Shown here: in pieces, positions 25,247 to 33,298 of the stretch
How positions within the stretch are numbered: the stretch's first letter is position 1
Layout of the letters: each line of letters starts with the position of its first letter
DNA from: Clostridia bacterium
GTDB lineage: Bacteria; Bacillota; Clostridia; Christensenellales; Aristaeellaceae
DNA: 34,206 nt
Direction of reading: 5' to 3'
NCBI GenBank assembly: GCA_045605625.1
Contig: JAZUQI010000205.1
Coordinates: 1 to 34,206, forward strand
Program-made: the position numbers and the translations under genes
Notes under the pieces: model-generated
Database searches by the model: none
What the model was told of the DNA's origin: nothing
What the model saw: the letters and a program-made list of their open reading frames with translations, nothing else

Positions 25247-26578
25247 TCAACGAATGTTCATATTGCGCATGGAGCGCATCATCGCCTTTTTGTTGCCCAT
25301 CATTTGCTTCATCATTTTCTGCATTTGCTCAAACTGGCGAATGAGAGCGTTCACATCCTGCACCTGCACACCAGCACCGGCGGCAATGCGCTTACGCCTG
25401 GAGGCATTCAGGATGCCGGGGTTTTTGCGTTCCTTCATGGTCATGGAGCAGATGATGGCTTCCGGCTTCTTCAGGGCGTCTTCATCCACTTCCACGTCCT
25501 TCAGCTTGCTGCCGATGCCGGGCAGCATTCCCAGCACGTTTTTCAGCGGCCCCATTTTCTTGATCTGCTTCATCTGATCCAGAAAATCATTCAGGTCAAA
25601 ATCCGTGGGGTTCTTTTTGCCCTTCAGCTTTTCTTCCAGTTCGGCATCGCTGGATTCCACGGCCTTTTCAATCAGCGTCAGCATATCGCCCATGCCCAGA
25701 ATACGGCTGGCCATACGCTCGGGATGGAAGGGCTCAATATCCCCCAGTTTTTCACCGGTACCGGAGAACTTGATGGGCTTGCCTGTTACAGCACGCACGG
25801 AAAGGGCCGCACCGCCGCGGGTATCGCTATCCAGCTTGGTGATAATCACGCCATCGATGGACAGCTTTTCGTCGAAGGATTTGGCCACGTTCACCGCATC
25901 CTGACCGGTCATGGCATCCACAACCAGCAGAATTTCCTGGGGCTTGACGGCCTTTTTCACATCTTCCAGTTCCTGCATCAGGCCTTCGTCGATGTGGAGA
26001 CGGCCGGCGGTATCGATAATCAGCACATCCCGGCCGTAGTACCTGGCGTATTCGATGGCTTCCAGGGCGGTTTTCACCGGGCTCTGGGTGCCCTTTTCAA
26101 ATACCGGCACATTCACCTGCTGGCCCACCACCTGCAGTTGCTTGATAGCGGCAGGGCGGTAAATATCGCAGGCGGCCAGCATGGGCTTTTTGCCCTGCTT
26201 GGTCAAATATCCGGCAAGTTTGGCGGCCATGGTGGTTTTACCGGCGCCCTGCAGGCCGCACAGCATGTAAATGGTGGGCACGGCGGGAGACCAGGTAAGC
26301 TTTGCGTTCTGGCCGCCCATCAGGGCCGTCAATTCTTCATTGACGATCTTGATCACCTGCTGGCCTGCGTTCAGGTTGGCCAGGATTTCTGCGCCGATGC
26401 AGCGCTCCGTCACTTTCTTGACGAAATCCTTCACCACCAGGTAGTTAACGTCCGCTTCCAGCAGGGCCATCCGCACTTCACGCATGGCATCCTTGATGTT
26501 TTGCTCGTTCAGCTTTCCTTTACCGGTCAGCTTTTTAAACGCATTTTGAAGTTTTTCGGAAAGGCCTTCAAATGCCAT
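25247..26578 (-). CDS. ffh: Signal recognition particle protein Ffh
   Basis: [28 protein letters not shown], and a Met-rich M domain at the C-terminus. Confidence 0.95.
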   Translation of the reverse strand: MAFEGLSEKLQNAFKKLTGKGKLNEQNIKDAMREVRMALLEADVNYLVVKDFVKKVTERCIGAEILANLNAGQQVIKIVNEELTALMGGQNAKLTWSPAVPTIYMLCGLQGAGKTTMAAKLAGYLTKQGKKPMLAACDIYRPAAIKQLQVVGQQVNVPVFEKGTQSPVKTALEAIEYARYYGRDVLIIDTAGRLHIDEGLMQELEDVKKAVKPQEILLVVDAMTGQDAVNVAKSFDEKLSIDGVIITKLDSDTRGGAALSVRAVTGKPIKFSGTGEKLGDIEPFHPERMASRILGMGDMLTLIEKAVESSDAELEEKLKGKKNPTDFDLNDFLDQMKQIKKMGPLKNVLGMLPGIGSKLKDVEVDEDALKKPEAIICSMTMKERKNPGILNASRRKRIAAGAGVQVQDVNALIRQFEQMQKMMKQMMGNKKAMMRSMRNMNIR

Positions 26579-26932
26579 TTAATTTTCCTCCTGTGCCAGC
26601 AATGTATGAATCATTTGCCGGGCGGCATCCAGATGCTTTTTGGTTTCCCCTGCCGGGATCACCTTTTCCAGTTCTGAAGCGCATTTTTCCAATCCCTCTT
26701 CCAGGGTTTGAAACCGCTTGGCCAGGCCCAGCTTTTCCTCATAATCCGTTAAGGTTTTTTCCACACGGTTCACCGTGTCATGGATGCTTTGGCGGCTGAC
26801 GGAAAACTGCTGGGCAATTTCCGTTAAGGAATAATCTTCCTCAAAATAGAGCCGGGCAATTTCCCTTTGGTTTTCCCGCAGCATTTCGCCGTAGAAAGCC
26901 AGATACCAGGAAAGCTGCACCTTTTTCTCCAT
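26579..26932 (-). CDS. ylxM: YlxM/UPF0122 putative helix-turn-helix protein
   Basis: LYFEEDYSLTEIAQQFSVSRQSIHD. Lies immediately upstream of ffh. The MEKKVQ start (26932) aligns with the B. subtilis YlxM N-terminus; an upstream ATG at 26956 is possible. Confidence 0.82.
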   Translation of the reverse strand: MEKKVQLSWYLAFYGEMLRENQREIARLYFEEDYSLTEIAQQFSVSRQSIHDTVNRVEKTLTDYEEKLGLAKRFQTLEEGLEKCASELEKVIPAGETKKHLDAARQMIHTLLAQEEN

Positions 26933-26964
26933 CGCCTTGCGCCTTCGCCTTTCCATGTTCCTTC

Positions 26965-26984
26965 GTCAAGGCATTTTCCTTGAC
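26965..26984. promoter_or_regulatory. Perfect 7-6-7 inverted repeat GTCAAGG-cattt t-CCTTGAC, in the ylxM leader
   Basis: Read directly from the sequence. Shares GTCAAG-CATTTT with the inverted repeat at 27015-27038, about 50 bp away. Confidence 0.5.
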
Positions 26985-26993
26985 ACAACGAAT

Positions 26994-27021
26994 ATTATAC
27001 ACGTTTTTTCGTGCTTGTCAA
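26994..27021 (-). promoter_or_regulatory. Promoter for ylxM-ffh-rpsP-...-trmD
   Basis: Minus strand: TTGACA (27021-27016), 16-nt spacer, TATAAT (26999-26994). Confidence 0.6.
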
Positions 27022-27038
27022 GCATTTTGTCTTGACAA
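27015..27038. promoter_or_regulatory. Perfect 8-8-8 inverted repeat TTGTCAAG-cattttgt-CTTGACAA
   Basis: Read directly from the sequence. Places a TTGACA hexamer on both strands. Confidence 0.5.
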
Positions 27039-27129
27039 AGTTTTTCTTTTTTTCAACTATCTTTTTGTCCCTTCTTTTGCACAAAAATTGCGAAAGAATC
27101 TTCATTTTTCCCCATCATCCCCTTCGCCC

Positions 27130-27159
27130 TTGACAAAAAAGGAACCCTGTCCATATAAT
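27130..27159 (+). promoter_or_regulatory. Promoter for the GH10 xylanase gene
   Basis: TTGACA 27130-27135, 18-nt spacer, TATAAT 27154-27159. Followed immediately by the palindrome ATGAAT-ag-ATTCAT (27160-27173). Confidence 0.55.
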
Positions 27160-27203
27160 ATGAATAGATTCATGTATATATCACGAAAAAGGAGCCATCC
27201 ACC

Positions 27204-29162
27204 ATGAAAAAACTGCTTGTTCTCCTAATGGTTGTTCTTTCCCTGATGGTCACCTGCGCCCTGGCGGAAGAAACGGTGTTCACCTTTGATGACGGCGTGA
27301 ACCCCGGCTTTTTCCAAAGCGGCAGCTGTTCCGTTTCCGTAAAGGATACCGTGGCCCATTCCGGCAGCCATGCCCTGGCCGTCACCGGCCGTGCCGCCAA
27401 TGATTATGACGCTGCGGATTATAAGTATGCCAGCCTCAATCTGGCCGCCGGGGATACCGTTTCCATCTCCTTCTATGCCTATCACGAAGGGGATACCGAA
27501 GGGGAAATTTCCGTCAGTTACGGCGGCGGCAGCTATGATGTGCTGGCTGCCAAGAAAGTGCCCGGCAAAACCTGGACGGAAATTTCCGGCACCTTCACCG
27601 TCACCACGCCCCAGAACCTGCGCTTCAAAACGGATGCTTCTTTGGTGGGCGTAAATTACTACATCGATGATATCACCATCAGCGTGGAACACTTCGCCGA
27701 TGTGGTGGTGGAAGAAAGCGCTTTCCAGCCCTACGCCTCCGATTTCTCCGCCGGCACCGATGGCTGGTATGCCCGCAGCGCAGGCACCGCTTCCGTGGAA
27801 GTGAAGGAAGGCGCCCTGCACATTTCCGGCCGCACCGCCACCTGGAATTCCCCCGGCCGTGATTTTGATTTCACCCCCGGCACCAATTACCGGGTAAGCC
27901 TGATGGTAAAGCAAGAAGAAGCGGCCACTGCCGAATTCATCCTCTCCGCCGCCCATTCCCGAAACGGCACCGAATCCTACGAAAACATTGCCCGGGTGAA
28001 GGCCAAGAAGGGCGAATGGGCCGTGATCGACGCTTCCTATGTGCCCTATGCCTATGATAACTATATCCTCTATGTGGAAACCGCCGGCGGCAATATGGAT
28101 TTTGCCATCAAGGAAATTTTCGTGGAGCTGAATGAAATCCATTACCCCACGGACCTGGCTTCCTTGAAGGATGTATACGCCCCCTACTTTGATTTCGGCA
28201 CCGCCGTGATGCAATCCGAAGCGCTGGACCAAGACCGCATGGATTTCTACGCCTCCCAGTTCAATATCATCACCCCCGGCAACGAACTGAAGCCCGATTC
28301 CGTGCTGGACGTGGTCACCAGCCGCCGCCTGGCCAAGCAAGATGATACCGCCGTGGCCATCAATCTGGATGCGGCCAAGCCCATTCTGGATTACTGCTGG
28401 AAAAACGGCATCAAGGTGCACGGCCATACCCTGGTGTGGCATAACCAGACCCCCGATGTGTTCTTCCGTCAGGGTTATCTTTCCCGGAATGATTATGTCA
28501 GCCGGGATGTGATGCTGGCCCGTTTGGAAAACTATATCAAGCTGGTACTGGAAGAAACGGAACGGCAGTACCCCGGCCTGATCGTCAGCTGGGATGTGGC
28601 CAACGAAGTGATTGCCGATGGCTCTTCCAGCCTGCGCAAATCCAACTGGACCACCGTGGTGGGTGATGATTTTGTGGAAAAGGCCTTTGAATATGCCCGT
28701 AAGTATGCCCGGGAAGATATGATCCTTTGCTACAACGATTATTCCACCCCCTACGAACCCAAGCTCACCGGCATTTGCAACCTGCTGGATAAGCTGGTGG
28801 AAGACGGCACCATCGATTGCTACGGCTTCCAGTCCCATTATCAGGTACAAAGCGGCTCCCCCTCTGTGCAGGCTATCGAAAAGGCCATCAAGCGCATTGC
28901 CGAAAAGGGCCTGAAGCTGCGCATCAGCGAACTGGATATCACCATTTCCCAGAACACCGCTGCCAATCACAAAAGCCAGGCGGATCGCTATGCGGCGCTT
29001 ATGTCCCTCTACACCAAATACGCTGAAGATATTCTGGCGGTTCAGGTGTGGGGCGTGTGCGATGATTTGAGCTGGCTGGCCGATCAGTATCCCCTGCTGT
29101 TTGACCGTAAGGTGCAGCCCAAGCCTGCTTTCTATGCCCTGATCGAAAACGCAGGCAAGTAA
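27204..29162 (+). CDS. Secreted endo-1,4-beta-xylanase, GH10 catalytic domain preceded by two CBM22 (CBM_4_9)-like modules
   Basis: Signal peptide MKKLLVLLMVVLSLMVTCALA. Two ~150-aa beta-sandwich-like modules of a type common on xylanases. GH10 acid/base motif WDVANEV and nucleophile motif LRISELDITI. Confidence 0.88.
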   Translation: MKKLLVLLMVVLSLMVTCALAEETVFTFDDGVNPGFFQSGSCSVSVKDTVAHSGSHALAVTGRAANDYDAADYKYASLNLAAGDTVSISFYAYHEGDTEGEISVSYGGGSYDVLAAKKVPGKTWTEISGTFTVTTPQNLRFKTDASLVGVNYYIDDITISVEHFADVVVEESAFQPYASDFSAGTDGWYARSAGTASVEVKEGALHISGRTATWNSPGRDFDFTPGTNYRVSLMVKQEEAATAEFILSAAHSRNGTESYENIARVKAKKGEWAVIDASYVPYAYDNYILYVETAGGNMDFAIKEIFVELNEIHYPTDLASLKDVYAPYFDFGTAVMQSEALDQDRMDFYASQFNIITPGNELKPDSVLDVVTSRRLAKQDDTAVAINLDAAKPILDYCWKNGIKVHGHTLVWHNQTPDVFFRQGYLSRNDYVSRDVMLARLENYIKLVLEETERQYPGLIVSWDVANEVIADGSSSLRKSNWTTVVGDDFVEKAFEYARKYAREDMILCYNDYSTPYEPKLTGICNLLDKLVEDGTIDCYGFQSHYQVQSGSPSVQAIEKAIKRIAEKGLKLRISELDITISQNTAANHKSQADRYAALMSLYTKYAEDILAVQVWGVCDDLSWLADQYPLLFDRKVQPKPAFYALIENAGK

Positions 29163-29175
29163 CATATAGAAAAAA

Positions 29176-29208
29176 ATCCTTCCCGAAAATACCGGGAGGG
29201 ATTTTTTT
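29176..29208 (+). terminator. Rho-independent terminator after the xylanase gene
   Basis: ATCCTTCCCG-aaaatac-CGGGAGGGAT followed by TTTTTT. Confidence 0.8.
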
Positions 29209-29257
29209 CTGCCGTCATTTTTCCGGCACACTTATAGCCACTTTTCGTTCCTTTCAT

Positions 29258-29283
29258 CAAAAAAGGCAGGGAATCTCCCTGCC
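29258..29283 (-). terminator. Rho-independent terminator after the DtxR/MntR-like gene
   Basis: Minus strand: GGCAGGGA-gat-TCCCTGCC followed by TTTTTTG. Confidence 0.75.
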
Positions 29284-29290
29284 CAATTTT

Positions 29291-29656
29291 TTAGTTATTC
29301 TGAATGTAGCGGCAAATGGCCTGAAACGTTTCATCGGAAATATCATGCTCAATTTTGCAGGCATCTTCCCTTGCCACCTCTTCCGATACGCCCAGGCGAA
29401 TCAGTAGAGCAGACAGGGTTTTATGCCGCTCATACATGTGCCTTGCCACTTTTTCACCGGGTACGGAAAGAAGGATATAGTTATCCTTATCGAAGGTGAT
29501 GTAGCCATTTTCCCGCAGTTTTTTCATGGCCACGCTGACGGAAGGCTTGGTCACGTTCAGGGCCTGTGCCACATCCACGCTGCGCACATAGCCCTTCTGT
29601 TCCCGAATCATCAGAATCATTTCCAAATAATCCTCTGCGGATTTATGAATGGTCAT
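29291..29656 (-). CDS. DtxR/MntR-family metal-dependent transcriptional regulator (short form, 121 aa)
   Basis: SAEDYLEMILMIREQKGYVRSVDVAQALNVTKPSVSVAMKKL and KIEHDIS align by eye with the MntR winged-helix and metal-site regions. Confidence 0.82.
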   Translation of the reverse strand: MTIHKSAEDYLEMILMIREQKGYVRSVDVAQALNVTKPSVSVAMKKLRENGYITFDKDNYILLSVPGEKVARHMYERHKTLSALLIRLGVSEEVAREDACKIEHDISDETFQAICRYIQNN

Positions 29657-29683
29657 TCCTGCATTGCCTCCTTTGAAGCGCCG

Positions 29684-31186
29684 TCATTCGCACACACCGG
29701 GGTAGCGATAGCCAAGGCTTTCCTCCTTGCGGAAGGGCTTCACTTCCACATAAGTCACTTCATTGGCCATCAGCTTTTTAGAAATCACCAGGCCCTGTTC
29801 CTCCGCCGCCTTGCTGTAGGCCGCCCCATGGGGCGTATCGTTCTGGCGCAGGATCTTCATCTGTTCCCCGTCAAGGGAGGCCGGTTCGCCCATTTCATGC
29901 CAGATTTTCAGGGGATTGCCGTGATCCATATCCACCGTACGGGTCACCACCGAATAGGTGCCTTCCAGCCACGGCAGCGTCACCTGCACGTCCATTTCTT
30001 CTTTTTCCAGGTTCCACATCACGCCCCGGATATGCCCCTTTTCCGTTTTCACAAACAGGCATTCCTCCGTCCGCAGGATCAGTTCCCCTTCCAGCTTCTT
30101 GAAGAATTCAAAGGTCCAGTACGTGGGCTTTCGCACCATGCCGTTGGCCACCAAGCCAAAGCCGCCGTGGAAAATCCTGTCCGGAATGCCCACTTCTTCG
30201 AACACGTCCCCAAACGTCCAGTAGGAATAGGAGGCGCAAGTATCCCCCAGTTTTGCCAGCAGCCCGGCAATCAGGGCGGCGTTATACACCGTGTCATGGG
30301 TGGGGCAGAAAGGATTGTAAGAGGTATTATACTCCGTAATGTGCAGTTCATACCCCTTGAATTCCGGGAAAGAATCAATCAGCTTTCTGGTTTCTTCCGC
30401 TTCGACGATGCTGCGCTCAGGTTTGCACATTTCGTGGTATAAATACCGGCCTTCGTGGTGGGGTTCCTGGCCCATGTAAATATGCCGTGTTATAAAATCC
30501 ACCGGCGTCTGATGATCCCGGCAGTATTCCAGGAACGTGCGGATGAATTCCATGCACCGGCTGCCGCCGCACACCGCAGGGCCGCCCACACGCATCCGGG
30601 GCAGCACATCCTTCACCGCCCGTGCGGAAACATCATATAATTTCAGATAGGCTTCCAGATCCGCATGTTCCCAGAAGCCGGGCAGGTTGGGCTCGTTCCA
30701 CACTTCCACCGGCCAGGTTTCCACTTCCTCCCGGCCATAGCGTTCACACAAATGGTTCAGAAGGGCCTTAATCATCCCGGCCCACTTTTCATGATCCTTC
30801 GGGGGCGTGGTGTTCCCCTTCCAATAGAAAATGGTTTGGGTGCCGCTGGCCATCTTATAGGGCATAAAGCCCAGCTCCAGGAAAGGCTTCAGGCCCACCT
30901 GCAGGTAATTATCAAAAATCCGGTCCAGGTAAGTGAAGTTATAGCGCTCTTCCAGTACGTTCCCTTCCCGGTCCACCACCGGCCAATAGATGCCCACATC
31001 ATCACAGAACAGGCCATGGCCCCGGATGTGGGAAAAGCCGATTTCTTCCTGCACCAGCCGCATTTGTTTTTGATATTCCTCCTGCAGGGCAAGGCCCATC
31101 CGCCCGGTGCCGATGCAATACATGGCATGGTTTTGAAAAGGCGCTGCATTTTGGAAATCGGCTGTATATTCCGCTTTCTTCGGCAT
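29684..31186 (-). CDS. xynB: GH39 xylan 1,4-beta-xylosidase (XynB-like)
   Basis: 500 aa. Acid/base motif WPVEVWNEPNL and nucleophile region ELHITEYNTSY. Overall resemblance to Thermoanaerobacterium-type XynB. Confidence 0.85.
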   Translation of the reverse strand: MPKKAEYTADFQNAAPFQNHAMYCIGTGRMGLALQEEYQKQMRLVQEEIGFSHIRGHGLFCDDVGIYWPVVDREGNVLEERYNFTYLDRIFDNYLQVGLKPFLELGFMPYKMASGTQTIFYWKGNTTPPKDHEKWAGMIKALLNHLCERYGREEVETWPVEVWNEPNLPGFWEHADLEAYLKLYDVSARAVKDVLPRMRVGGPAVCGGSRCMEFIRTFLEYCRDHQTPVDFITRHIYMGQEPHHEGRYLYHEMCKPERSIVEAEETRKLIDSFPEFKGYELHITEYNTSYNPFCPTHDTVYNAALIAGLLAKLGDTCASYSYWTFGDVFEEVGIPDRIFHGGFGLVANGMVRKPTYWTFEFFKKLEGELILRTEECLFVKTEKGHIRGVMWNLEKEEMDVQVTLPWLEGTYSVVTRTVDMDHGNPLKIWHEMGEPASLDGEQMKILRQNDTPHGAAYSKAAEEQGLVISKKLMANEVTYVEVKPFRKEESLGYRYPGVCE

Positions 31187-31224
31187 ATCAAAAACTCCCC
31201 TTTGTTTCGCAATGATTTAACAAA

Positions 31225-31253
31225 ATTATACCATGTTTTCCCTGTTCCATCAA
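31225..31253 (-). promoter_or_regulatory. Promoter for xynB and the DtxR-like gene
   Basis: Minus strand: TTGATG (31253-31248), 17-nt spacer, TGG-TATAAT (31233-31225). Confidence 0.5.
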
Positions 31254-31293
31254 GCAAAAAAGTACTTTTGACCCAATCTTCTGCTTTCTTTGC

Positions 31294-31330
31294 ATAAAAA
31301 AACTGTGCTGCATCTTTCAGCAGCACAGTT
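31294..31330 (-). terminator. Rho-independent terminator after the zinc-ribbon gene
   Basis: Minus strand: AACTGTGCTGC-tgaaagat-GCAGCACAGTT followed by TTTTTT. Confidence 0.75.
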
Positions 31331-31342
31331 CTTTAGCCAATC

Positions 31343-31630
31343 TTAGTACTGGGGACGATTCTTAGCGAAGCATTCACGGCAGTACACGGGCTTGTCGCCA
31401 CGGGGCTGGAAGGGAACCTGGGTGGTGCAGCCGCAACCATCGCAGATCACTTCGAACATCTGGCGTTCGCCACGGTTGTTGTTGCCATTGGCACGACGAG
31501 CGGCGCGGCAAGCGGGGCAGCGGCCAGGTTCGTTCTGGAAGCCCTTTTCGGCGTAGAAAGCCTGTTCGGAAGCGGTGAAGGTGAATTCCTGACCGCATTC
31601 ACGGCAAGTGAGCGTCTTGTCCTGATACAT
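31343..31630 (-). CDS. CxxC-x17-CxxC zinc-ribbon domain protein
   Basis: 95 aa with two halves, CRECGQEFTF...CPACR and CDGCGCTTQVPF...YCRECF. RBS GGAGGG. Confidence 0.8.
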   Translation of the reverse strand: MYQDKTLTCRECGQEFTFTASEQAFYAEKGFQNEPGRCPACRAARRANGNNNRGERQMFEVICDGCGCTTQVPFQPRGDKPVYCRECFAKNRPQY

Positions 31631-31779
31631 GGTGTAAACCCTCCAAATAATTTGTTCGCCAAACCGAAGAGATGATACGTTCCGGTAGTTTCCGTTGGGC
31701 TTCTTCGCATCCGTCGGCTGACGATGAACAAAAGCAGAGGAACACCTGAAATAAATCCATAGGCTTGGTCTTCGATGGC

Positions 31780-31808
31780 ATTATATCACATTGTATTTCA
31801 CTTGTATA
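31780..31808 (-). promoter_or_regulatory. Candidate promoter for the zinc-ribbon gene; implies a ~140-nt leader
   Basis: Minus strand: TATACA (31808-31803), 17-nt spacer, TGA-TATAAT (31788-31780). Confidence 0.4.
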
Positions 31809-31868
31809 CCTCTTTTTGAAAATTTTTTTGCCACAAATTTCAGGGCTTTTTCCCCCTTTCCCCACGCC

Positions 31869-31897
31869 TTTACATTTTTCGCCCTTTGGTTTATAAT
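31869..31897 (+). promoter_or_regulatory. Promoter for the XRE regulator gene
   Basis: TTTACA 31869-31874, 17-nt spacer, TATAAT 31892-31897. Confidence 0.5.
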
Positions 31898-31928
31898 GTT
31901 TTCGTAACAGAAAGGAGGGGAAAAGCCC

Positions 31929-32276
31929 ATGGTGAATTATGAGGAGCTTGGCAATCGCATTCGTTCCCGCAGGCAGCTGCTTGGCAAAACCCAGAAGCAG
32001 GTGGCCCAGGAAGTGAACGTGGCCCCTTCCTTTTACAGCAATATTGAAAGAGGCCTGCGTGTGCCCAGCGTGGATACGTTGGTGGCCATCGCCAATGCGC
32101 TGGATACCGGGCTGGATCTTTTGCTGGTAGATAGCCTTGTCAACGCCATTCCCCGGCGCAGCGCCGAAGAAATGCGGGTGATCCGCCGGTTCCTGCGGGA
32201 AGAATTTGAAAAAATTGCGGATCCGGAAGATGAGGAAATCCCCCCGGAAGATGACGATATCATCCCCCTGACATAA
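31929..32276 (+). CDS. XRE-family helix-turn-helix transcriptional regulator with an acidic C-terminal tail
   Basis: LGNRIRSRRQLLGKTQKQVAQEVNVAPSFYSNIERGLRVPSVDTLVAIANAL. RBS AGGAGGGG. Confidence 0.85.
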   Translation: MVNYEELGNRIRSRRQLLGKTQKQVAQEVNVAPSFYSNIERGLRVPSVDTLVAIANALDTGLDLLLVDSLVNAIPRRSAEEMRVIRRFLREEFEKIADPEDEEIPPEDDDIIPLT

Positions 32277-32316
32277 GCAAAAAGCTGTGCAATCAAGCCG
32301 CACAGCTTTCTTTTTT
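32277..32316. terminator. Bidirectional terminator between the XRE gene and the convergent hypothetical gene
   Basis: AAAGCTGTGC-aatcaagcc-GCACAGCTTT, with T-runs on both strands. Confidence 0.7.
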
Positions 32317-33226
32317 ATTGTTCAAAGGCCATCAGATACCGCATGTTTTCCAGCACGATGACGCCTTTCCACATCATCCTGGCTGCTTCAAATTCCTTGT
32401 ATTCCGTCCACCATTGCCAGTTGACGGAAAAGGAGCCATCCTCCAGCTGATTTTCCCGGATGAACCGGCATTCATACTCCGCCAGTTCCCGGTTTTCCTC
32501 ATAAAACAGGCTGCCCGGCACAATGAAGAAAGCGGAGGGTTTATCCACATATTCCGTTTTCCACTTTTCCGTATCCTTTTCGATATTGGCGGATACCTGG
32601 GTTTTCAGGGCCTTCTCCAAGGCAGGCAAATCCACCCCATCAAAGCCCGTTTCCAGCATATATTCATACAAAGTCACAAAGCAGGCGGTTTCATGCCGGT
32701 CCACCTGCGGCACTTTACTTAGAAACCAGGAAACTGCTTCCTTTGCAATACCGCAGGCCTTTTCATACAGCGCCGTTCCCTTTTCCCCGAATTTCAGAAT
32801 GAATCCGCAGAGCATGGCCGTGGGGTTGTATTTATAATCACTTTCCCCGTTAAAGCCCCACCATATGGCGTGGGGGTAATCGTTATTGGAGGGAATGGTG
32901 TTCATCCATTGGTGATGGGCTTCGCTGTAATCCTTGCCGCTTGCAAGGTATTTCAAAATGCCCTGCACCATTTCATGTTCCTTTTCCTGCCAATCCATTT
33001 CTTTCAGAATCATGCAGGCATTCCAGGTAGTGATGGGGGAAGAATGGGGGTTCCAGTTATCCTCCTCCAGCCCGTGGCCAAAGCCGCCGTCCGCATTCTG
33101 ATAAGCCGCCAGGGCTTTCAATACATTCTCCCTGCTGCCCCCTTCAAAATGATACTGCCACCTGGCCAGTTCAATGGGCCGGGCGTTGCGATAGATAAAT
33201 TTCCGTGCCTTTTCAAAGGTGTTCAT
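32315..33226 (-). CDS. Hypothetical cytoplasmic protein, predicted all-alpha; has a prenyltransferase/squalene-oxidase-repeat-like QNADGGFGHG motif
   Basis: Clean 303-codon ORF from ATG 33226, preceded by AAGGAG. Trp/Glu-rich helical composition. Coding is likely but the family assignment is tentative. Confidence 0.55.
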   Translation of the reverse strand: MNTFEKARKFIYRNARPIELARWQYHFEGGSRENVLKALAAYQNADGGFGHGLEEDNWNPHSSPITTWNACMILKEMDWQEKEHEMVQGILKYLASGKDYSEAHHQWMNTIPSNNDYPHAIWWGFNGESDYKYNPTAMLCGFILKFGEKGTALYEKACGIAKEAVSWFLSKVPQVDRHETACFVTLYEYMLETGFDGVDLPALEKALKTQVSANIEKDTEKWKTEYVDKPSAFFIVPGSLFYEENRELAEYECRFIRENQLEDGSFSVNWQWWTEYKEFEAARMMWKGVIVLENMRYLMAFEQ

Positions 33227-33298
33227 GCCTTTTTCTCCTTTGCTTTTTCCTGTATTGTATCGCAAAAAACACATTCCGTCTTGTAAAAATGCGACAGT

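Noticed and set aside
12452-26677. A series of long antisense ORFs: 12452-13903, 15823-17262, 17332-18876, 18915-19643, 20563-21837 and 25304-26677. Similar ones occur at 1441-2250, 2810-3883, 4185-5123, 8044-8910, 10757-11674, 29423-30442 and 30665-31297.
   Set aside because: Each mirrors a confidently identified housekeeping gene on the opposite strand in the codon-aligned frame. None has a recognisable domain. The pattern spans the whole window, so it reflects codon usage rather than overlapping genes.
27225-29231. A 668-aa ORF on the minus strand, longer than the xylanase gene it overlaps.
   Set aside because: It is exactly codon-aligned antisense to a gene with clear GH10 and CBM motifs and a signal peptide. 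Its product is G/H/I/A-rich low-information sequence with no RBS context. Such a frame stays open when the sense strand avoids TTA, CTA and TCA codons.
29322-29333. TGAAACGTTTCA palindrome resembling a catabolite-responsive element (cre).
   Set aside because: It is 12 nt rather than the 14-nt cre core, and it lies inside the DtxR-like coding sequence, far from any promoter.
31599-32303. A 234-aa minus-strand ORF covering the XRE gene and the intergenic promoters.
   Set aside because: It is antisense to a clear XRE helix-turn-helix gene and spans two promoter regions. It has no RBS or recognisable family.
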